Below, piece after piece: positions 56,745 to 64,000 of a DNA stretch of 64,000 nt (positions are counted from its first letter, which is position 1; every line of letters begins with the position of its first letter). A program made the translations under genes and the position numbers. The stretch is taken from NCBI GenBank assembly GCA_036229005.1, contig JAZAMN010000070.1:22267-86266 (forward strand), written 5' to 3'. The DNA comes from Myxococcota bacterium (GTDB taxonomy: Bacteria; Myxococcota_A; UBA796; CAJQPC01). The notes beneath the pieces were generated by a model that saw nothing but the letters and a program-made list of their open reading frames with translations, was not told the DNA's origin and did no database searches.

Positions 56745-59700
56745 ATGGCGCAGCACAAGCCCAAGAAGGCCCGCCAGACGGGCCCCATCGCCTTCATGGC
56801 GCGCAACCCGGTGGCGGCCAACCTGGCCATGCTGATCCTGATGATCGGCGGCCTGCTGGGCCTGACCCGCGTCAAGCAGGAGGTCTTCCCGGCCTTCGAG
56901 CTGGACACCGTGTCCATCACCGTGCCCTACCCGGGCGCGAGCCCCGACGAGATCGAGCAGGGCATCGTGCTGGCGGTCGAGGAGGCCGTGCGCGCCGTGG
57001 ACGGCGTCAAGCGCGTGACCTCGCTCTCCAGTGAGGGCGTCGGATCGGTCAGCGTGGAGCTGCTGTTGGACGCCGATCCGCAGCAGGCCACCGCGGACAT
57101 CAAGAACGAGGTCGACCGCATCACCAGCTTCCCGGACGACGCCGAGGAGCCCACGGTCAAGCTGCTCTCGACCCGCTCCAAGGTCATCGAGCTGGTCATC
57201 GCCGCCCCCGGTGAGGCGGGGGACTCCCGCGACGGGGACCTGGCCACGCTGCACCAGGTCGCCGAGACCACCCGCGCCGCGCTGCTCGCCAAGGAGGGCA
57301 TCACCCAGGTCGAGATCACCGGCGTGCCCGAGCTGGAGATGGCCATCGAGGTCCCGCGCGAGCGCCTGGACGCCTACGGCATGAGCCTGGAGCAGATCGC
57401 CGCCCAGGTCGCCCTCTCCAGCGTGGAGCTGCCCGGCGGTGAGCTTGAGACCCGAGGAGGGGAGCTGCTGGTCAAGCTGGACGATCGGGCCACCGGCGCA
57501 CAGCACTTTGCCGACATCCGCCTCAAGGGTCTGGGCGGCGCCGAGGTGCGGCTGGGCGACATCGCCGACATCCGTGACGGCTACGCCGACGACGACCTGG
57601 CCTTCTACTACCAGGGCAGCCGCGCGGTGCAGCTCACCGTCTACCGCGTGGGCGACGAGACGCCCCAGACCGTGTCCGACGCCACCCACGAGGTGCTGGC
57701 CGAGATCGAGCCCACCCTGCCTGGAGAGCTCGCGTTCGTGGTCTGGGACGACGACTCCGAGATGCTGCGCGGCCGCATCGACCTGCTGGTGCGCAACGCC
57801 CGCATGGGCCTGCTGCTGGTGCTGGTCGTCCTGGCGCTCTTCCTTGACCTTCGCCTGGCCTTCTGGGTCGGCATGGGCATCCCCATCACCTTCCTGGGCA
57901 CCTTCTTCATCATGCCGGGCCTGGACCTGTCGGTGAACATGGTCAGCCTGTTCGCCTTCATCGTCACCTTGGGCCTGGTCGTCGACGACGCCATCGTGGT
58001 GGGCGAGGCCGCCTTCCAGCGGCACGAGGACGGCATGCCCTGGGCCGAGGCCGCCACCGCCGGCGCCTCCAAGATGATGGTCCCCATCACCTTCGCCATC
58101 CTCACCACCGTCGCGGCCTTCGGGCCTCTGCTCTTCGTGCCCGGCTTCATCGGCAAGATCTTCGGCGTCATCCCGCTGATCGTCATCTCCGTGCTGGTTT
58201 TCTCGCTGGTCGAGAGCTTCTTCATCCTGCCGGCCCACCTGGCCCACGACGGCGGCTTCTTCAACGCCCGCATCTTCCGCCCCATCAACCGGGCCCGGGA
58301 GCTGGTCGGAGGCCGCCTCAAGGCCTTCATCGAGGGCCCCTTCGAGCGTCAGCTCCGCTTTGTCCTCGAAGGCAGGCTGATCGCTGTCGCGGCCGCGAGC
58401 GCCCTGTTCATCGTGACGGTGGGCCTGGTGGCCTCGGGGAAGGTGCCCTTCTCCTTCTTCCCCAAGCTGGAGAGCGACTCCGTCAGCGTCAGCGCCCGCC
58501 TGCCCTTCGGCCCCGCCGAGCAGGACGTCCGTCGGGTGCGGGCCGAGCTCGAGCGCAGCCTGAACGCCACCATCGCCGAGGTCGGGCCTGAGCTGGTCGA
58601 GGGGCAGATGACCTGGCTGGGGCAGGGGGGCCAGTCCGGTGGTCCAGGGGGTGGCTCAACCTCCCAGGGGGCGCACCTGATCACCGTGCGTGCGGCTCTG
58701 GTCCCAAGCGAGGAGCGGGAGCTGTCCTCCCAGCAGTTCGCCGACATGTGGAAGGCCAACACCCCGGAGATCCCGGGCGTGGAGTCCCTGGTGTTCGGCT
58801 CCAGCGCGGGGCCCGGCGCTGGCGCGGCGGTGGATCTGCAGATCTCCCACCCGGACGAGGCCGTGCTCGCCGAGGTCTCCGACCGCTTCGAGGAGATCCT
58901 GCGCGGCTATGGCGACCTGTCGGACGTGGAGAACACCTACGCCTCCGGCAAGGCCCAGCTCAGCTTCTCCCTGCTCCCGGAGGCCACCCAGCTCGGGCTC
59001 AGCTCCAGCGACGTCGCCCGTCAGATCCGCGGGGCCTTCTACGGCGCCGAGGCTCTGCGTGAGCAGCGAGGCCGCAACGAGCTCAAGGTCATGGTGCGCC
59101 TGCCCCAGGACCAGCGCAGCTCCGAGTACGACCTGGAGGCCTTCAAGATCCGCACGCCCACCGGCGCCTTCGTGCCCCTGGGCAGCGTGGCCCGCTTCGA
59201 GCGCACCCAGGCCCCCACGACCATCACGCGCGAAGACGGCATGCGCATCATCAACGTCTCCGCGGAGCTCGCCGCCGGCGTCCGCTCCAACCAGGCGGTG
59301 ATGGAGTCCCTGAACGACGACGTCATCCCCAAGATGCAGGCGGAGTACCCCGCGCTGGAGGTGGGCTTCGCGGGCTCGCAGCGGGAGCAGGCCGAGGCCT
59401 TCGGGTCTCTGGGCCCCAACTTCCTGATCGCCCTGGTGATCATCTACACGCTGCTCGCCATCCCCTTCCGCAGCTACCTGCAGCCGCTGGTCATCATGGC
59501 CGCCATCCCCTTCGGGTTCGTGGGCGCCATCTTCGGCCACCTGGTCATGGGCTACAGCCTCTCGGTCATCTCCTTCATGGGGATCATCGCGCTGACCGGC
59601 GTGGTCATCAACGACTCGCTGGTGCTCATGGACGCCGTCAATGAGTACCGCCGCAAGGGCTTGCCGGCCTTCGAAGCCGTGGTCACCGCCGCCCAGAGGC

Positions 59701-59984
59701 GCTTCCGGCCCATCCTGCTGACCTCGCTGACCACCTTCTTCGGCCTGGCCCCGATGATCCTCGAGACCAGCATGCAGGCCCGCTTTTTGATCCCCATGGC
59801 CCTCTCCCTGGGCTTCGGCGTGCTCTTCGCGACCGTCATCGTGCTGCTCATCATCCCGGCCCTCTACCTGCTGATGGAGGACGCCCTGGGCTGGATCGGC
59901 AAGAGCCTGCAGCCCGAGCCCCTGGACGACGACGAGGACGAGGGCCAGGACCCCACCCCGGTGGAGCCGGTCCCCGCCAAGTAG
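56745..59984 (+). CDS. RND efflux permease (AcrB/AcrD/AcrF family)
   Basis: NPVAANL, YPGASPDEIE, GLVVDDAIVVGE, RFRPILLTSLTT. Confidence 0.95.
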   Translation: MAQHKPKKARQTGPIAFMARNPVAANLAMLILMIGGLLGLTRVKQEVFPAFELDTVSITVPYPGASPDEIEQGIVLAVEEAVRAVDGVKRVTSLSSEGVGSVSVELLLDADPQQATADIKNEVDRITSFPDDAEEPTVKLLSTRSKVIELVIAAPGEAGDSRDGDLATLHQVAETTRAALLAKEGITQVEITGVPELEMAIEVPRERLDAYGMSLEQIAAQVALSSVELPGGELETRGGELLVKLDDRATGAQHFADIRLKGLGGAEVRLGDIADIRDGYADDDLAFYYQGSRAVQLTVYRVGDETPQTVSDATHEVLAEIEPTLPGELAFVVWDDDSEMLRGRIDLLVRNARMGLLLVLVVLALFLDLRLAFWVGMGIPITFLGTFFIMPGLDLSVNMVSLFAFIVTLGLVVDDAIVVGEAAFQRHEDGMPWAEAATAGASKMMVPITFAILTTVAAFGPLLFVPGFIGKIFGVIPLIVISVLVFSLVESFFILPAHLAHDGGFFNARIFRPINRARELVGGRLKAFIEGPFERQLRFVLEGRLIAVAAASALFIVTVGLVASGKVPFSFFPKLESDSVSVSARLPFGPAEQDVRRVRAELERSLNATIAEVGPELVEGQMTWLGQGGQSGGPGGGSTSQGAHLITVRAALVPSEERELSSQQFADMWKANTPEIPGVESLVFGSSAGPGAGAAVDLQISHPDEAVLAEVSDRFEEILRGYGDLSDVENTYASGKAQLSFSLLPEATQLGLSSSDVARQIRGAFYGAEALREQRGRNELKVMVRLPQDQRSSEYDLEAFKIRTPTGAFVPLGSVARFERTQAPTTITREDGMRIINVSAELAAGVRSNQAVMESLNDDVIPKMQAEYPALEVGFAGSQREQAEAFGSLGPNFLIALVIIYTLLAIPFRSYLQPLVIMAAIPFGFVGAIFGHLVMGYSLSVISFMGIIALTGVVINDSLVLMDAVNEYRRKGLPAFEAVVTAAQRRFRPILLTSLTTFFGLAPMILETSMQARFLIPMALSLGFGVLFATVIVLLIIPALYLLMEDALGWIGKSLQPEPLDDDEDEGQDPTPVEPVPAK

Positions 59985-60021
59985 GGGCCGGCCGGGCACG
60001 GGAGAGCCAGTAGACTGCGGC

Positions 60022-61356
60022 ATGCTCTGCAAGACCGCGACCTTGGCCTCCCTGCTCATGCCCGGCTGGCGCCCCGCCGCCGTCGGCTTCCAGGACAGCG
60101 ACACCCACCCCATCCGCTGCAACTACAGCCTGGAGGAGGACGCCGGGCGCTGTGACATCGTGCTCGCCGCGGTCGAGCAGGCCTGGGACGTGCAGGTCAA
60201 CCAGATCGGCTTCCCCGCGCCCATCCCGGACGAGGACGGTCTGCTGGACATCTACCTGCATGAGGACCCCGACGGCGGCGCCTACGCCTGGTGCGGCACC
60301 TACGGCGATGACGACCCCGACGACGGTCGCAGCGGCTGCGCCGCCATCATCGCCATCGACCGGCAGATCCCCGACAAGATCCTGCCCTGGTACCTGGCCC
60401 ACGAATTCAACCACGCCCTGCAGTGGGCCACCGACTTCAACGAGGCCACCACCGCCGTCTGGGAGGGCACCGCCACCGCCGCCGAGCCCTGGACCGACGC
60501 CAGCGCCTTCAAGGTCGATCTGTCCTACCTGGAGGACTTCCAGGCGACACCCTGGCTGGGCATCCTGGGCGACGGCACCTTCCTCTGGGACGAGCACCAG
60601 CTCTGGTCCTACTACGAGTACGGCGCGGCCCTGTGGGTGCTGCATCTGGACCACGCCTACGGGGACGGCGCGGGCAGCGGCGGCCGGGACCTGTGGCTCG
60701 CCCTGGCGCAGGAGGGGCTCCCCAACAGCCCCGACGTCATCGACGGCTACGACACCCTCAGCGGGGACTGGCGCGCGGCGCTGATGGACTTCTCCCTGGA
60801 GCGCACGCGCGTGGGCACCGAGCACGCCCCCGAGTGGGCTGACTTCCCGGTGGGGCGGGTGACCCTGAGCCCCGATGCGGTCGTCGCCTGGCCTACCGGT
60901 GACCTCGTTCCGGCCGTTCAGCCCTATGAGACGGGGGCGGTCTACTGGGTGTTGGAGGGTGTGCCCGCCGACCAGCGGGTGCGCATGGACCTCTCCTCCA
61001 CCCGGGAGGGCGAGTGGGGCCTGCTCTGGAGCCAAGGGGACGCCGGCCAGTGGGTGCGCGGACAGACCCTGGAGTTTCAGGCCCCCGGGGGGGATCTCTG
61101 GGTGGGAGCGGTGAACCTGGATCACCCCACATACGCCCGCACCGCCGCCCTGCCCGCCTTGCGGGCCGGCCAACAGGACATCACCCTGCACATCTCTGAG
61201 CTGGAGCCCGCAAGCGAGGACACCGGCAGCGACTCCGCAGCGGACACTGGGACGCAGGAGTCTGAGGGCGGCTGCGGGGGCTGCGGTGGGGCCGGTGGCG
61301 GCGGGCTGTGGGGGCTGGCTGGGTTGGGGCTCTTGTGGCGAAGGCGGCGGGCCTAG
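60022..61356 (+). CDS. Putative zinc metalloprotease with MYXO-CTERM-like sorting signal
   Basis: AHEFNHALQ plus downstream WEGTA; C-terminal GGCGGCGG-hydrophobic-RRRR. Confidence 0.75.
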   Translation: MLCKTATLASLLMPGWRPAAVGFQDSDTHPIRCNYSLEEDAGRCDIVLAAVEQAWDVQVNQIGFPAPIPDEDGLLDIYLHEDPDGGAYAWCGTYGDDDPDDGRSGCAAIIAIDRQIPDKILPWYLAHEFNHALQWATDFNEATTAVWEGTATAAEPWTDASAFKVDLSYLEDFQATPWLGILGDGTFLWDEHQLWSYYEYGAALWVLHLDHAYGDGAGSGGRDLWLALAQEGLPNSPDVIDGYDTLSGDWRAALMDFSLERTRVGTEHAPEWADFPVGRVTLSPDAVVAWPTGDLVPAVQPYETGAVYWVLEGVPADQRVRMDLSSTREGEWGLLWSQGDAGQWVRGQTLEFQAPGGDLWVGAVNLDHPTYARTAALPALRAGQQDITLHISELEPASEDTGSDSAADTGTQESEGGCGGCGGAGGGGLWGLAGLGLLWRRRRA

Positions 61357-62129
61357 CGGAAGCCCGCCTCGTCGATCTCCACGCTCACCGGGCAGTGGTC
61401 GGAGCCGAGCACCTGGTCGTGGATCTCCGCGTCGGAGATGTGCGGCTGCAGGCCCTGGGACGCCCAGAAGTAGTCCAGGCGCCAGCCTACGTTCCGCTCG
61501 CGGGCGCCGCCGCGGTTGCTCCACCAGGAGTAGCGCTCGGGCTCGGGGTGGAAGAGGCGGAAGGTGTCGACCAGCCCGGCCTCGGCGTAGCGGTCCATCC
61601 ACTTCCGCTCGATGTCCATGAAGCCGCTCTTTTTGCGGTTGTCCTTGGGGCGAGCGAGATCGATCTCCTTGTGGCTGGTGTTCATGTCACCGGTCACCAG
61701 GACCTGCAGCCCCTCGCTGTGGAGCTGCTCGATGCGAGCGAGGAGATCGCGGTAGTAGTCCAGCTTGTACGCCAGGCGCTCCGGTCCCTTTCCGCCGTTG
61801 GGGAAGTAGCCGCCGATCACGCGCAGCTTGCCGATGGAGACCACCTGGGTGCGGCCTTCGACGCTGTAGCGCTCGTGCCCGAAGCCGGCCTCGACGTGGT
61901 CCAGGGGCACGCGGCTGAGCACGGCGACGCCGGAGTAGCCCTTGCGCTCGGCGTGGTGCCAGTGCCATCCGTACTCGGAGAGCTGGTCGAGCTCTTTGGG
62001 CTCCTGGCCTGGCTGCAGGCGGGTCTCCTGGAGCAGCACCACGTCGGCGTCCAGGGCGCGGATGCTCTCGACGAAGCCCTTGCGGGCGCAGGCGCGCAGC
62101 CCGTTCACGTTCCAGCTTACGAACTTCAC
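61353..62129 (-). CDS. xth: Exodeoxyribonuclease III
   Basis: SWNVNGLRA, LQET, GYSGV, YFPNG, GDMN, GWRLDY, GSDHCP. Confidence 0.96.
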   Translation of the reverse strand: MKFVSWNVNGLRACARKGFVESIRALDADVVLLQETRLQPGQEPKELDQLSEYGWHWHHAERKGYSGVAVLSRVPLDHVEAGFGHERYSVEGRTQVVSIGKLRVIGGYFPNGGKGPERLAYKLDYYRDLLARIEQLHSEGLQVLVTGDMNTSHKEIDLARPKDNRKKSGFMDIERKWMDRYAEAGLVDTFRLFHPEPERYSWWSNRGGARERNVGWRLDYFWASQGLQPHISDAEIHDQVLGSDHCPVSVEIDEAGFR

Positions 62130-63145
62130 TCGGCCTCCAGGTCCACCTGGCGCATGCCGGGGACTTCCTTCTCAAGTCGGGATTCGATGCGGTCCACCTC
62201 GACCGCGAGCTGCTGGGCCACCCGCTCGCCGAACTCGTGCAGGTAGACCTGCAGGGCCGCCGGGCTGTCCAGGGTCTTGAGGGTGGCCTTGAGGTCCTCG
62301 CCCACCAGGGCCCGCTGCGCGAGCACGCGCCCGTCGAAGTCGATCTGCGCCCGGAGCTCGGCGCTCGCGGCGCCCGTCACGGTGGCCCGCAGCTCGTCGA
62401 CCTCTTCGATGACGGGGTCGGAGTTGAGGATGTTCTCCAGGTTCTCCTTCACCTTGGGGTCCACCGACTGGCCGATCAGGAAGTTCCGGTTCTTCTGGAT
62501 CAGGAAGATGGCGAGGGCACCCATGAGCAGTCCGATGGCGATGGAGCCGGCGCCGTCCCAGACGGCGTTGTGGGTCCAGGCGGACATCCCCATCGCGGCG
62601 GCGGCCAGGAGCACGCCGAACACGGCGGCGGAGTCCTCGAACACCACGGCCACGCCCATGGGGTCGGGGCCGCGCATCAGGTAGCCCCCCAGGGTCATCT
62701 GGGCCTTCTGGGCGGCCTTGCGGACCTCGATGACGGCGACGATCAGGGACCACCCCTCGACCACGAAGGCAAGCACCAGGACGATCCAGGCGACGAGCAG
62801 GCTCTCCTGCTCGTGCGCGTGTCCGGCGAGGGCATCCTGGATGGTGTGGATGCCGTGGACCACCGTGACGCCGCAGCCCAGGAAGAAGATGCCCACGGCC
62901 GAGATCAGCGCCCAGAGGAACTGCTCCTTGGTGTAGCCGTAGGGGTGCTCGTCGTCGGGGGCCTTCTTGGAGCGGGCGATCCCGAGCGCGAGCAGGGACT
63001 GGTTGCCCACGTCCGCGGCGGAGTGGATGCCCTCCGAGAGCATCGCGCCGCTGCCCGTCACGAAGAACGCGGCGAACTTGGCGATGGTGACGACGGTGTT
63101 GGCCGCGATGGCCGAGTAGACGGCCTTGGTGCTGCCGCTGGCCAT
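62126..63145 (-). CDS. Cation diffusion facilitator (ZnT9/MTP7-like bacterial clade)
   Basis: SGAMLSEGIHSAADVGNQ, HPYGY, FEDSAA, WDGAGSIAIG. Confidence 0.9.
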   Translation of the reverse strand: MASGSTKAVYSAIAANTVVTIAKFAAFFVTGSGAMLSEGIHSAADVGNQSLLALGIARSKKAPDDEHPYGYTKEQFLWALISAVGIFFLGCGVTVVHGIHTIQDALAGHAHEQESLLVAWIVLVLAFVVEGWSLIVAVIEVRKAAQKAQMTLGGYLMRGPDPMGVAVVFEDSAAVFGVLLAAAAMGMSAWTHNAVWDGAGSIAIGLLMGALAIFLIQKNRNFLIGQSVDPKVKENLENILNSDPVIEEVDELRATVTGAASAELRAQIDFDGRVLAQRALVGEDLKATLKTLDSPAALQVYLHEFGERVAQQLAVEVDRIESRLEKEVPGMRQVDLEAE

Positions 63146-63307
63146 GGGGCCTCCGGGGTGGGGGAGGGGGCGTGGGCCCCCGCGAGGGGGGCTTAACGTT
63201 TCGAGGTTGTGCGGGGGCCGCCGGTCTGGGAGGGAGAGGTGGCTTGGTCTGGAGACGAGGTTGCTCGCTGGGTGGACGAGTGCCGCGGCGGTCGGGTGGT
63301 GCCGGGG

Positions 63308-63535
63308 AGGAGCGCCTGGCTGTGTTTTTTGAGTAGGGGGCAAGCCCCCTACGCCGGCGAAGCCGGCTGGACCCCCAGGGGGGACCTTCGCCAGTCCCCC
63401 CAGGGCCCCCCCACGGCGTCGGGTCGCGTTCCGCGACCTGCACTTCGCCTCCATTTGCCACCGAGGCCCCCAGGGGGGCCCCTCTCCCCTTCGGGTCGGG
63501 CAAATGAAGGCGCAATGCAGCCCGAGGGGCCGACA
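63308..63535. repeat. Palindrome-rich ~228-bp non-coding repeat, copy 1
   Basis: Near-identical to 63625-63853; several nested hairpins. Confidence 0.9.
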
Positions 63536-63624
63536 GGGTGCAGAGGTGGAGGTTGTGGTGGTTCGACCCGAAGACGACGCTGCTCTTGGGCGGACGGGTG
63601 GCTTGGTGAGTGGGGGTGTCGGGT

Positions 63625-63853
63625 AGGAGCGCCTGGCTGTGTTTTTTGGGTAGGGGGCTTTGCCCCCTACGCCGGCGAAGCCGGCTTACCCCCAGGGGGG
63701 ACCTTCGCCAGTCCCCCCCAGGCCCCCCCCACGGCGTCGGGTCGCGTTCCGCGACCTGCACTTCGCCTCCATTTGCCACCGAGGCCCCCAGGGGGGCCTC
63801 TCTCCCCTTCGGGTCGGGCAAATGGAGGCGCAATGCAGCCCGAGGGGCCGACA
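63625..63853. repeat. Palindrome-rich ~229-bp non-coding repeat, copy 2
   Basis: Direct repeat of 63308-63535 at a 317-bp offset. Confidence 0.9.
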
Positions 63854-64000
63854 CGCTCCATGGTTGGAGGTGGCTGGGGGCGGACGGGGCTGGTCGTGGT
63901 GGTTCGCCAACAAGTTGTTGGGATTGGCAGGCCGGCGCGCCCGCCTCTGGCGGGCAGGTCGCCGCGCCGGCCGCGAAGCCGCGAGGCCCATGCCTGGGCC

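Noticed and set aside
63308..63853. CRISPR array, tRNA or coding repeat (ORFs 62172-63854 and the 5' extension of 62126-63454)
   Set aside because: Units are about 228 bp with only two copies and no cas genes; no cloverleaf; the translations are low-complexity and the CDF gene starts at 63145

Overview
A gene-dense, very GC-rich bacterial chromosomal segment, most likely from a Myxococcota organism (Agl/Glt motility homologues, a MYXO-CTERM protein, ftsK-lolA-rimO and murI/nadD synteny). In order it holds: a 5'-truncated, contiguous Glt/Agl envelope-motor cluster (GltD-, GltE-, GltF-like, ExbB/AglR, two ExbD, GltG-like); a secreted helical protein plus an outer-membrane beta-barrel; galE; ftsK-lolA-rimO-GT2; murI-ftsE-ftsX-envC-like-ctpA; nadD-HAD; several lipoproteins; pgeF; pccB; rpsP-khpA-rimM-trmD-rplS-yraN-rsmI; a sigma54 activator; a TlpA/DUF6029-like barrel/glycan-binding/vWA cluster; a lipase with an ArsA-like ATPase pair; folD-gcvTHP; a TetR-TolC-RND efflux operon; a MYXO-CTERM metalloprotease; xth; a CDF transporter; and two tandem ~228-bp palindrome-rich non-coding repeats. 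I saw no tRNA, rRNA, CRISPR array or transposase. Most notable: ultra-short signal peptides with no basic n-region, a natural GDDG (predicted RNA-binding-dead) KhpA, an ExbD with Asn at the proton-conducting Asp position, a possible outer-membrane thiol relay, a CGGGTTAG motif 9-10 nt before three start codons, and a TetR that appears to start at CTG. All family calls come from motif recognition by eye, not database searches.
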